A stretch of 64,000 bases of DNA from Plasmodiophora brassicae (taxonomy: Eukaryota). The first letter of the stretch is position 1; the number at the start of each line of letters is the position of its first letter. This document shows, one piece after another, positions 40,470 to 51,950 of the stretch. Both the position numbers and the translations under genes were made by a program. The notes beneath the pieces were generated by a model. It searched no databases and had not been told where the DNA came from. It saw only the letters and a program-made list of their open reading frames with translations. The stretch covers positions 744,001 to 808,000 of the forward strand of contig CP145410.1 in NCBI GenBank assembly GCA_036867785.1, read 5' to 3'.

Positions 40470-42873
40470 ATGGGGAAACCCAGCACAACGGTTCGAGTCG
40501 TCTGTCGGTTCAGGCCGCGGAATAAGCTGGAGATCGAGATGAACTCGCCCGTGGCCGTTGAGGTCATCGATAATAACGTGGCCTCTATCATGGCAGGAGC
40601 GTTTGGTGGTAAATCGCACCGGTTTGATTTCGATTACGTCTTCGGGGACAAGAGCCGACAGGAAGACGTATTCGAGGCCACTGCTGGGCCGATGGTCGTC
40701 GAGGCACTCCAAGGGTACAATTCCACCGTTTTCGCGTGTGAGTTCCGGGCACGAGGCGAACGTACTGCCCGTCCTGATCGGTAATTGTAGACGGGCAGAC
40801 AGGAGCAGGGAAGTCGTTCACGATGATGGGAACGCCCGGAAACAAAGGGATCATACCCAGAATGGTCCAGAAGCTATTTGATGGTATTACGGCTGCCCCA
40901 AGCAAGATCGAATTCACCATCAAAGTGTCCTATCTCGAGATTTATCTCGAAAAGGTTGCCTTGCGCTCTCCAGTGTTCCATTAATGTCGACTAATAAGCT
41001 TCCAGGTTCGCGATCTGCTCGACGTGTCCAGGGAGAACCTTCGCATTCGTGAGGGTCCCAATGGAATGTGGGTTGAAGGCGCTACAGAGGTCTACGTTGC
41101 CAATGCCGAGGAGGTTCGGCAGGTTATGGAGCTCGGGTCTTCGAATCGTGCCATAGCGTCGACCCGCATGAACATGGAATCGTCGCGGTCCCATTCTGTC
41201 TTCATGATCAATATTCATCAGTAAGCGCACACCAAACTACGGCAATGGTCGGCCTAATCGCCATTGTCACTAGACTCGACACGATCACAAAGTCGAAGAA
41301 GGACTCCAAGTTGCTCTTGGTCGACCTTGCTGGTAGCGAGAAGGTTGAAAAGACAGAAGCATCCGGAATGGCCTTGAAAGAGGCCCAGAATATCAATAAG
41401 TCATTGTCTGCTCTGGGCAATGTCATCAACGCGTTAACGACGAACAACGCGCACGTTCCCGTAATGTCGTCACGGTCTGACCTTGTAGTATGTGAATCTG
41501 ACATTTACTCTGACATTCAGTATCGAGATTCGAAGCTGACGAAGCTACTCAGTGATTCGCTTGGTGGGAACTCGCTATGTTGCCTTATCATCTGCTGCTC
41601 GCCATCGGCTTACAACGTGGTCGAAACGGTGACAACTTGTCGTTTCGGGCAACGGGCCAAGCTGATCCAGAACAAGGCCAAGATCAATTCTGAAAAGTCG
41701 TTGGCTGAGTACAAGATGCTGCTGGAGGAGGCCCAGAAGAAGATCGAACAACAGGAGGGCATTATCCGCACGCTGGAGGCCGAATTAGGTATTCCTGAGT
41801 CCCAACGAACTCTTCATGTAATTGCGACGTCGTCCGCGGGTGACAGTGAATCTCTGTCTACTGGGCATCTTCAGCGTCACATGTCGACGACTCAGGGAAC
41901 ATCGTCGACGATCGTCGATTTGCAGGAAAAGCTGGATGCCATTTCGACACAGTTGCGCGAAGCTCGTGAAGATAACGAAGCCCTGCGGGACAAGATGGCC
42001 GACCTGCAATCTGACCTGGCAATCAAAGCGCTGGCCACCGAGGATCTGGAGAAGAAGCTATACAGCGCGGTGCACGAGTCGCAAGCAAGTGAGGATCTAA
42101 AGAAGGCCTGCGCTGACGACGTGTCGGAGATTCGATCGCATATGGAGAAGCTCGCCATGGAGGTGGAAGCACAGCGCCTGCGCGCCGAACAGGCGGAACT
42201 CGAAGTGGAACGTCTTGACACCGAGCAGCGAACCAGGCTGGAAACTCTGGGATCGTGGACCAAAACGTTCCATCCGAAGCCGGCCATTGATGAATCGCTT
42301 CCGGCTGCGAAACAACTCGACTCGGTCAGCCGTCAGTACGTGGGCCTGTTCCACGAGCTGATCAACAAATCCGAGCAGCTCGTGCAGATGCAGGAATCGT
42401 ATTCGGATCTTGAGGAGGAGCTCAAGGCGCACCGGGCGTTCCAGGAGAAGGGCTACCTGGATGACGAAAGCACAAAGCTTCTCGCGAAACGGGCTTTCGC
42501 AGAAACACAAGCAGCGAAGCTCCGCGAAGAGAACGATCGGTTGAAGCGAGTCGAGCAGTGCCAGATGAAGCTTCTGGAATCCTGGAAATCGCATATGGTC
42601 CAGATGGAAGGCGCCGTCGAGGTCATCGTTGGGTTAGGCAAGCGCCGGCAGGAGGACAGCAATGCAATCATAAGGTCGTTGAAGCGCGAGGCGGACGCGT
42701 ATAGACGACTCATCCAGAGACGTGCGACGGCAACGTTCGTTGCGCCTATGTTGCACGTCCACAAACCTATACATGGTGGCGGCGGCGGAGCGACCCAAGA
42801 AATCGTGGATAAGGATTCGCCCTCGGATTCAGATGATGACGTCGATGACGATGCGGTGAAGCTTCAGGTGTGA
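40470..42873 (+). CDS. Kinesin-1 (conventional kinesin heavy chain)-like motor, 4 introns
   Basis: VRVVCRFRP, FDFDYVF, GYNSTVFAYGQTGAGKSFTM (spliced), SSRSHSVF, LLLVDLAGSEK, INKSLSALGNVI, YRDSKLT, coiled-coil stalk, tail HKPIHGGGG resembling the IAK motif. Confidence 0.92.
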
Positions 42874-42937
42874 CCTCGAGCGGAAACCTCGATAAACAGC
42901 TTAGAGTATACAGCGAACAGTAATGAAGAGGGTGACA

Positions 42938-44419
42938 CTATATGTATATTCGAATACTGCCAGCAACAGCCATTTCCTGGAACTCATAACGCCGCTCGCG
43001 AAGATACTGCAAGATGGCGGGTCGAACCTTGCCAACACCGTCGTACGAGTGGCTGCCCACACCAGTGATAACATCCAGAAACCGCCCGTTCCCCACTGAC
43101 CCGTCTGCCGACAATTGTGCCAGGTATTTGTGAAGACGGTCGATCGCCTCAGTGACATGCAGGCCGTGCACGTCAATGATATGGCCGAGACCTTTGTTCC
43201 TCGCAAGGTCACGATTCCGGTTCTCAAATATTTCACCAGACGCTTGCTTGTGCAGGTCTTCCATTTGTTGGTGGTGGTACCGGCCTTTCCGAGACAGCTC
43301 CTTGGCCAACGCACCGTTCCCTGACGCACAATCAGAGACACCCGACATTAAACGTTTAAAGGCACCGCAGACCTGCCAGAAAGGCTTCCGTCGCAGCAGT
43401 AAACAGTGCCTGCAGACTGAAGTCAGTTATTTTCGAAGTACCTCGCTTCTGACGATACCGACGTTTCTTCGCCGAGCATGTTCCTCGGCAGCATCTCGCT
43501 TCTTCAGGTATAAGGCAGACATTGTGTCACCAGTTGAAACAATAGGTGTACTCGTAGCCAGCGCCTGATAAATGCGATTCGGTCCAGGTGAACGAACAGA
43601 CGTTAAGACAGAGCCACAAACCTGGCCAGCGTTATCGCGAGCAATAGGACGCCTGAGAGGAGGCACACGTATCGGAGCAGCCATCGGGGCCTTTAGCTCT
43701 TGAGACGGCGGTCCATATCGTTGACGAAGAATAGCGTCAGTGTAGGACGCCGTATTGTTACCCACTGTGCGGAAGCATTCCTCGATGATCTGAGGGTTCA
43801 CATGGGACCATTGGCGTTGTAGTTGCTCTAGCTTCAGTTTGGCAACAAGATCGAAGGGCATTGGAGCAGGGGGCGCGATTGGCGCCGGATGGCGAACAGG
43901 ACGCGGTTGTGGTGGAGGCGATGGGACAATGGGTCTCGAGGCAGGCGTAACGCTCTGCAAATCGTGCAGGAAATTGCACTTGTCCCCACGAGCGCAAAAC
44001 CCTCTGAGATGGAACCGGCACAGCGCAGACCTGTCTGTCTTCGAGTGAAGAAACTGACAGTTTGCAATCAGACAGTTGCCTGCAAGGAAATACTTGCAAA
44101 CAGGAACACTCGGTGATGCTTGCGCGGACGCCGTCTGCGTCGACACTCGTGAACTGGATTCTTGCGGTTCCGTAGGCGTCACATTTAATAGGCTTTCGAC
44201 GCAGAGCATGAGGTTGTTGTCATGTTCTGCAAGAAACCTCGCAAGACTGTGCGCATGCATGGGCAACCATTACCGAAACCTTCCCACACGGTCGACACCT
44301 TACCTGTCAACGCCAAATTCGGGAAATATACTCTGCAGCATGTCTACTGGATCGGCCAGTTCATTCTCGAAAGCAGCTGCAGCGGGACGGAAGGCGGACG
44401 CGTCTGGGTTCAGGTCCAT
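42938..44419 (-). CDS. PAM2 / CUE-like / tandem CCCH zinc finger / DUF1771 / Smr-domain protein, multi-exon
   Basis: MDLNPDASAFRP (PAM2-like); LQSIFPEF; CKYFLAGNCLIANCQFLH and CRFHLRGFCARGDKCNFLH; AKELSRKG...HKQASGEIF; IDVHGLHVTEA, DVITGVGSHS (Smr). Confidence 0.88.
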
Positions 44420-44751
44420 GATTCAAGCAACCTCGATCACAGCGGACGGACCACCAGCGGAAAACTCCGCGCGTCCGACCAAGCTGTCGGACGCCAGCAA
44501 GCCACAGTTATTACCACAAGTCCATAACTGATCGTACAGGACTTGCCAGTGCGATCAGAACCGCTGGCATAATTCGCCTATCGAATGAACTTAGTCGAAT
44601 CAGTGTCAATTTGACAAGGACTGGTCAAGTCGATTTCTGATTAAAGTTCATCACTACGTTGCAGAAGATCGTAGCGCTTCCAGGCGACAACGCCGAGCTT
44701 GGTTGGCCAACGTCCCAAGAAACTAGTCGTGGCGCTTTATATTGTAAAACG

Positions 44752-45414
44752 TCAACTGTCAGCTTCTCGTTCTCGCAAGGATGCCCTGCCTGAGGCAATT
44801 GCTGCGCGCAACTGCTGACACCGAGTGGTGCGCTGCTCGATTTTCAGTTCGAGATCGTAGAGCTCTTTCGCGGCAGCCAGTTGCGATCGTTTCCGTTTCG
44901 CGTTAACTACAGGAACAATTAGGCGGACAGACACTATACATATCCCTGATGACTTGCCTGTATCAGTCGAAGTCTTGACATCTTGTAATCGAACGTTCAT
45001 GTCGGCTATTTGGGTCTCCAACAGTGCGAGATGGCCTTCAAGAACCGGGCCAGCCAGGCGCTCATCTAACGTTGCATTAATCGAATGGAAGTGCGCAAGT
45101 TCTGTTTGCACTTGAGCTCTCTCCAGAGCGGCACGTGACAGCTCATCGGCACCCTTGTCCTTCACCGACGGAAATTGCCAATGATCCCAGCGCGTCGCAT
45201 CCCGAGCCGGTGCCGGCTCGCCGGCGCCAATTCTCTCCAGCTCCGCGTTCACCATTTCGGAACCGGCAAATTCCGATTCCGGAGCCACAGACGGGTGCCA
45301 GTGCGTCGTGTCAATGCCAGAACGTATGATTTCGTCGTCCACCAGGGCATCCGCCATTGCTCGGCTCTCTTGCGTCCCGAACGCATGCTCGACATACGCC
45401 AAAGAGTCCAACAT
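44752..45414 (-). CDS. BCAS2: Pre-mRNA splicing factor SPF27/BCAS2 family
   Basis: MLDSLAYVE...ALVDDEI, ELERIGAGEP, ALERAQVQTE...INATL, VNAKRKRSQLAAAKELYDLE; one in-frame intron near 44910-44960. Confidence 0.75.
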   Translation of the reverse strand: MLDSLAYVEHAFGTQESRAMADALVDDEIIRSGIDTTHWHPSVAPESEFAGSEMVNAELERIGAGEPAPARDATRWDHWQFPSVKDKGADELSRAALERAQVQTELAHFHSINATLDERLAGPVLEGHLALLETQIADMNVRLQDVKTSTDTGKSSGICIVSVRLIVPVVNAKRKRSQLAAAKELYDLELKIEQRTTRCQQLRAAIASGRASLREREADS

Positions 45415-45547
45415 CGTCGAACTCGGCACGCGGAGTGCGCAGAGCAGCGGCTGCTGTCCGTTAGGAGTTAGGACTTAGGACCCTCACCAGACCGCATGCC
45501 GCGCTGGAAATTAATGCGAAAATGGTTCCCAGAATCTCCATTTATCA

Positions 45548-46074
45548 TTAATGAAAGAGTTGGTTTACGCCAGGGAGCGTCCGGAAGACTGCCCACATTG
45601 CAGGGAACATATTCCTACCGTTTAAGACACATGTTCAGAAGTGCGCGGCCGTGAATGAGAAACATGAAGGTACCCGAACAGGTTGACGATGCCAAACAAT
45701 TCGAGGGCGATGCCAATGACAGGCCACCCACAGAGAACAACGCCAATCCCACCAGCGAAGCAGACCGTTCCCCGAGGGCGCCTCCAGAAGTATCGCCCTG
45801 TTCGGCGAACTCCCATTGTTGTCAAAATTCCAGCGATCAGCATGATCTGACCCGAAATGATCAATCGCCGCCAGAAAACGACAGCACCCTTTCTACGGCC
45901 TTACATTTCCCAGGGCAAGCAACGGTGGGTCACATAGTAAGAAGACACCAAGCGCGAGAAACGCAGCGCCTGCCGACGTCAACCCAATTCCTATTTCTGT
46001 ACTCGACAGTCAACCATTGCACGCCTAAATAACCACCATCGACACGCGGACGTACGACGCCTCTCGCTCAACAT
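45548..46074 (-). CDS. GOT1: Vesicle transport protein GOT1, 3 introns
   Basis: Spliced: MLSERRQIGIGLT...LGVFLLCDPPLLALGN / IMLIAGILTTMG...GTVCFAGGIGVVLCGWPVIGIALELFGIVNLFG / NMFPAMWAVFRTLPGV. Confidence 0.88.
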
Positions 46075-46335
46075 CGCGACGACACTGAACTGAACCTGTT
46101 AACGTTATTGGCAAATCGCCGTCCACGGACTCTGCCAGACGAGTGCTGACTGCTGACTGCTGACGCCACTGCCCCGTGTTACCACCGCACAAGAATGTCG
46201 CGAGAATGTTCCATTCAAGTTGTACTTTAACGCATTGTTGCCCCGTCGCTGTCTACGATGTCCTGCAGCGGCCATTAAGCACAGGCGCGAGTTCCCACGA
46301 CGGATTCGGTGGTCGCTTTGCGCGCAACTCCGGCG

Positions 46336-47202
46336 ATGTCGTCGCAGCAAGGACGATATCTGAGCGGAAAGTCGTATCATCCGTCAACGCAGGCGAACCA
46401 GAGGAAGGTATGGGAGGCAGAACAGGCCGCTGCGGCGCAGGCATCGCGCGAGAGGGAGCGCCAGCAAATGCTCAAGGCGGAGCGCGCACGTTTCGAAGCA
46501 TCGGCAGTCGAACGCGGTGTTGATGTCTCCGAGATACACGCTCGCGATAGCGTATCGTTCATGTACAAGCCGCCGCCTGGGTTCTTCCGCGATCGTGATG
46601 CGGAAGAAAAAGCCGACCGAGAACGAAAGCAGGAGGATCCACGGTTGTTGACTTGGAAGGACAAATTCCCAGAAATACGAGGCGCCCCAACGGCCACAGG
46701 CGAGGTTAAGCAGATGGACCTGCGGGTCAACATGTTGGGGAAGGTCCTTCGCGGTGTGCAATGCACGAAGTGCCATGCCTGGGGCCACAAGGCCACAGAG
46801 CGAGAGTGCCCCATGCGGGACGTTCTCGTACAGGCTGACATTGATCGACGAGATCGGGAAGATCCTCTTCATACCATGAACGTAGCAGGAGACACCGCTG
46901 CTGCCTCTGGTATCATCATCAAGGAAGACATTGTCATACGCGGCGGTGGTGACAGTACACACGAAAACCAGCGACTACTCCCACCGGACCCCAACGAAGA
47001 CGCGCCAGCTGCTGTCGTCGACGAGGACGACGAAGCCTTTGTCCGCAGCCTGACTCCCGACGAGCGGCGCGCTCTCCTCAAATCGTTGAAGAAGAAGGAT
47101 CGGAAGCGCAAACGGGACCGACCGCACAGGAAGCACAGGCATCGATCGCGGTCACGCAGTCCTTCTCACGACAGTGCAGGCAGGCGACCCAGTAAACGGT
47201 AG
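46336..47202 (+). CDS. CIR1/CWC25-type splicing-associated protein (Cir_N domain, zinc knuckle, K/RS-rich tail)
   Basis: YLSGKSYHPSTQANQRKVWEAEQ, VSFMYKPPPG, KFPEIRGAP, VQCTKCHAWGH...RECP. Confidence 0.85.
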   Translation: MSSQQGRYLSGKSYHPSTQANQRKVWEAEQAAAAQASRERERQQMLKAERARFEASAVERGVDVSEIHARDSVSFMYKPPPGFFRDRDAEEKADRERKQEDPRLLTWKDKFPEIRGAPTATGEVKQMDLRVNMLGKVLRGVQCTKCHAWGHKATERECPMRDVLVQADIDRRDREDPLHTMNVAGDTAAASGIIIKEDIVIRGGGDSTHENQRLLPPDPNEDAPAAVVDEDDEAFVRSLTPDERRALLKSLKKKDRKRKRDRPHRKHRHRSRSRSPSHDSAGRRPSKR

Positions 47203-47323
47203 ACTGGCATGTTCAATTGGCACTGCGGTCGTGATCCGATCGTGGCAGACCCAGCGGCAGCGCCTCGTCGGGAGTAACGTGGGCACAAAAATCGGAGTCG
47301 CGGACGCCGGCCGGCTGTCGACG

Positions 47324-47613
47324 ATGGTGCCGAATGCGATCTTCTATGGCACGCAGATGTTCGTCGTGCTCGGCATCGTCACCTGCATGATCAGCGGCGG
47401 TTTGAGGGTAGCGGGAAAGCATTCCCAGTTCGGGTAGGCGGAGGCGTATCGGTGCAGGTCGGGCGCATACCGGTCCTGAATGGCGGACCTGATAGGCTAT
47501 CAGTGACGCTGATCACAACGGCGACGTTCTGCATGTGGCTGATGTGGGTCCTGACATGGCTGATGCAGTGGCATCCGTTGATCGTGCCCGAGAAACCCGT
47601 TAAGCAACACTAA
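47324..47613 (+). CDS. V-type ATPase subunit e (Vma9/ATP6V0E), 1 intron
   Basis: Two TM segments; spliced C-terminus TATFCMWLMWVLTWLMQWHPLIVP matches CxWLxWxxxxLxQxxPLxxP. Confidence 0.9.
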
Positions 47614-47776
47614 GCGTAATCCGTAAATACACCTGCTGGTGCATACACCGATGGGACGGCGAGTCGGTGACAGGTCCATGACGGCGCTACGTTACGCGGA
47701 CGGGAAGGTGGGCTGCGACACCAACGTTTGCGGTCACAACGTCGCAGTGTGTGTCGGCAACGTTCTGTCGCCAGGC

Positions 47777-49084
47777 ATGTCGTCATCTAAGCTCTGGTAT
47801 TACTGCGACGTCGCTGGCAACCAGCAGGGACCTGTTGCAGCAACTGCCCTAGTCGCTGAGCTTATCGCCGGCAGAATAACAGCGGAAGGACTGATCTGGA
47901 GCGACGGCCTGCCTAACTGGTATGACGAATGTTATCCCGACAGGCTCAGCGGCCAGCGCATTAAGCAGAATGGATACAGGTGTCCTCTGAACGAAGTGCA
48001 AGACATCGCTAGCTTGATCCCTAAGTCTGAAGAGCCGCCATCACCAGCGAAAGGTCCTTGAAAAGGGTAGAGCGTCATGTTGCGGGGAACTAAGATCAAC
48101 TTGTGGTCAGCCAAAGGGTTAGGTAGCAAGGCTAACAGTGATGCTAGTGGTGAGGGTGTATATGTAACGCATTCGCATGCCCTGATTCGTCGTTACAGCG
48201 ATCAAACCGCCAGTCAGGTCGACCGCGACGTCGACTGATACCAAGAAGCTACCAGCAAGAGTCGGCGTCAAGCCTTCGCCCGAATCGGGTGACGAATCTG
48301 GCAAAGCTAATTCTGCCAAAGTCAGTTCCGTTACGTTTGCGACACGCTCGGCCACGAATGTGACCATCTGGTCGGTTGGTAGTCTGCGTCGAAATGGACC
48401 AAGGTTGTCGGTGCGGACGGGTATCCGTACTTCGTGAACTCGGAGACGCAGGAGACGACGTGGGACCAGCCCGACGATTACGTGGATGATGAGATAGCAT
48501 CAGCAGCGACTGCGCCAGCCCCTGCTACTGCTCCTGCTTCCTCAGCTCCTCAGTCGAGATCAGTGGGACCACCAAGGAAAACGGCCCCGGAAGGCACCAA
48601 ACCCGCACTGGCTCCGAGGGTCGCAGCACCGCCGCCACCGACATCGGTAACAACGTCCTCATCAGCCGCGCCTGCAAACGATGAAGCATCGGTACGATGA
48701 GCACACAGGGGCAACGCCGGCTGCCGTGCTGACCTTGGATCATCGCAGAAAGCTATCAGCTCGCTCAAGTCGGCTTTCGAAACCTTCAAGTCTGATTCGG
48801 AGAAGGTGCACTCGGAGTTGAAGGCAACGGTCAAGTCCCTGGAGAAGGCTCATGCCGACTACGTGGCAGCACATGACAAACTGGTCAAGGACTTGAAGTC
48901 TGAGGCAGAATCGAACAAGAAGACGGTCGCCGATTTGCGGCAAGAGGTTAATGACCTGCAGAAAGCACTGTCGGCCGCGCAGGACAAGCTAAAAACCGTG
49001 AGCAGCAATGTCGACGGCGTATCCTCGAACGTCAAATCCATCAAGGCCTTCGCAAAGTCCCTTGCTGACGGTCTGAAAGAATGA
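47777..49084 (+). CDS. GYF_2 plus WW domain plus C-terminal coiled-coil protein, multi-exon
   Basis: WYYCDVAGNQQGPV...LIAGRITAEGLIWSDGLPNW (GYF_2); WTKVVGADGYPYFVNSETQETTWDQP (WW); Pro/Ala linker; heptad C-terminus. Confidence 0.8.
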
Positions 49085-49207
49085 ATGTGCTTCGGGATAG
49101 TTGATATCACTGATTGCCACACGTAATATTCTATGACACGATAAGGACGTCCAACTGTTTATTGTTGCCACTTAGCGACAAGAGAGAGGTTGCAGACCGA
49201 ACACATG

Positions 49208-49971
49208 TCACAGCAACTGATAGGCGCCGATCAGAGCAGAGATCAGGCCGCCTGCACCGAGAACGCCGTCGTTAAACTGTCGCCCGAAGATCGCTTGGGT
49301 CAAGTTGAACCCATTAGCAGCAACGGGAAGGTCGCCGAACCCGGCGATAATCTTCAGGTAGATAGTCGTGCGCTCTTTGCGAAGGTTCGATAGAACGGTG
49401 GCCGATTCCGGAGATCCTTTGGCTGCCTCTTCCTTCTCGAAGTTGTCGCGCAGCTGAATGAAGTTGATCAGAAGGCCGAACACGATACCGAAGAACCATC
49501 CGCGATTGGCATGGAGGGTCCACTCGGCCGCATCTCTGGTCAGGAATTTGGCCTTGCACAGGTAGACCAGGTTGTCGTTAATCCAGTACCACGCGAACGA
49601 CGCTCGCGATAGAATGGTCAACGTCTGGATCAGCGTACCGTCTTTGGTGTTGTCGAGCGCGGCGAGAATCGTCTTGTACTCGCTAAATGTGTTTGGAATG
49701 CGCCACAATTTTCGAGCATCACGCGTCATAGCGAACAGCCCCTTGAAGCGCTGTCCAAGAGCGCTCTTCGGGTCGTTTTGCAACAGCAAGTACATCAACA
49801 AGCGACTGCCATACTGGATCGTCTTGGTGAACTTGTCCCGACCGGCATACGACTTGGTCAGCGTCAAGAACGTCTCCAGCGCCGGCGTCGTGTATGTCTG
49901 AGGGACCCGATACCAAGAATAAGCACGTGCGCCTGTCCAATGCACGACCCGTTCACCTTGCTGAGACTCAT
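49208..49971 (-). CDS. PEX11: Peroxisomal membrane protein PEX11, 1 intron near 5' end
   Basis: FLTLTKSYAGRDKFTKTIQYGSRL, RDARKLWRI, YWINDNLVYL, FGDLPVA, NDGVLGAGGLISALIGAYQ. Confidence 0.92.
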
Positions 49972-50374
49972 GGATGTCACGTCGAGGGGCTTGCCGTCAC
50001 CCACCACGGAGATATTGTTGTGTCGACACCCGACACGGTACGCGGCGCCATAGGACACCGGACCGGGTCCTATACGCGTCGGATATTTTGTTCCTGAAGG
50101 CTCGCCCGACTCTAAATCATTAGTGCACACGTTCATCGCAAAGTGAATTCTTGTATGCCTGTGTGCGATGTCTTGGTGGGCGGACAACACCCATATGGTC
50201 AATGGCCTGATTGCCCCTGTCCCAGTCGTCGCCGCTCGAAGCTGAGACGGTGGTCCAAAATAGGCGCGTCATGGATTCGCGAAGCTACTGGCGGGCGGTC
50301 AGCCGTGCCCGTGCGGCACCGCAGCGGACTCCGCGAGCTGTCCGATTTGCATAGCGTCGGTTGGACGGACGGAG

Positions 50375-51305
50375 ATGGCGGGACTGTTTGCCGGCCTGAG
50401 CGGCAAGATGGCGGGCGTCGCCATTGGTGTTGGCGCGGCAGCCACCCTGGTTCAACAGTCAATGTACGATGGTACGATATCGGCTTCCGCCACGCTCATT
50501 TGAAGTCGCTAACTCTCCGTGTGCAGTGGAAGCCGGGCACAGGGCCGTCATTTTCGATAGGCTGTCCGGTGTCAAGGAGTACGTTGTTCCTGAAGGTAAT
50601 CCTAGGCACGTTCTTTAGTTTCCTTCGACTTATCTGGTCGTAGGAACGCATTTCCTGATTCCTTGGCTCCAGACCCCCATTATCTTTGACGTTCGCACGA
50701 GGCCCCGTAACATCACGACGACAACGGGTACAAATGACCTGCAAGTTGTGAACCTTTCGCTGCGTGTGCTGTCGAAGCCCAACGAGCATCAGTTGCCCGA
50801 GCTGTACCGTCGTCTCGGTTTGGACTACGATGAGCGTGTTCTTCCTTCGATCGGCAACGAAGTCCTCAAGGCCACTGTCGCCCAGTACAACGCCGATCAG
50901 CTGTTAACCATGCGTGATCAAGTTTCCAAGGACATCCGTGAGGGACTGACGGCTCGTGCGAAGGAGTTCAACATTCTCCTTGATGACGTTTCCGTGACGC
51001 ACATCAACTTCTCGCGTGAGTTCAGCGCCGCTATTGAACAGAAGCAGGTGGCCCAGCAGGAGGCAGAACGTTCCAAGTTTGTCGTCCTGAAGGCGGAGCA
51101 GGAGAAGCTGGCCGCTATCATCCAGGCGGAAGGAGAATCTGAAGCCGCTCAGCTCATCTCGGATGCCCTTTCGAAGCACGGCGATGGCCTGATTGCCATC
51201 CGTCGTATCGAGACGGCCAGGCACGTCGCTGACACCCTGTCCAGATCAAAGAACGTGACCTACCTGCCGAACGGCAGCAATATGCTTCTCAACGTCGACC
51301 ACTGA
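50375..51305 (+). CDS. PHB1: Prohibitin (PHB1-like), 2 introns
   Basis: [82 protein letters not shown]. Confidence 0.95.
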
Positions 51306-51950
51306 GTGCCCCTCTTGTGTCACCTATTCTACAAAGATGATTACTGTTTTGGTCGCCACGGTCGTCTGCGACATGGATTGTCCTGTAGCATTGGAACCGA
51401 AACAGGGTAACGCAGCTCAGGGCGAATGCGAAAGGCAACGATGGTAACCATCCCCGCGGTAACAAGGTCGGCAAACGAGGGGACGACGTTCTCCTGCACC
51501 CACTACGAGATAGAGTCATGGATGCCGTCGGTCGTGGTTCGTCCTGTTCGCTCGGTCACTTGTGGAAGAACAACCGGATCACGACACGTTCCGAAGCCCT
51601 TGCTGTGCCCCAGTCGCACGCCTGCATGCGCCTCGGTGGCGTAGTTAGGTTAGGGCTGGCGCTAAAGGTCGTTCAGGGCAGAATAGCCGAGTGCGATATC
51701 GCTAAGTGTCATTCCACAGGAATCTGGAGGCGGGTTTTCAAGGCGGCAACAATATCGAGTCGCCGTTCGTTATGTGAATTTGGAGTGGCGCTCCAAACGG
51801 GTGTGCGCCCTCCGACAGGCCCTTGTGTGTTTCTCAGAAGACTGTTTATACGTGTGACGGCGACGCTTGACGGTCGTCATGGTACAGTACCAGGATTCAG
51901 TATAGTCATCGACTCATCGTAGAATACGCGCATTGGGTGTGGGGCCCAAT

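Noticed and set aside
44752-47202. Functional clustering of splicing factors BCAS2 and CIR1-like
   Set aside because: Two genes separated by GOT1 in a gene-dense genome; compatible with chance
51310-51900. Possible minus-strand mini-gene and a TTAGGTTAGGG telomere-like motif (~51645)
   Set aside because: No coherent exon chain; only two degenerate repeat units, expected by chance
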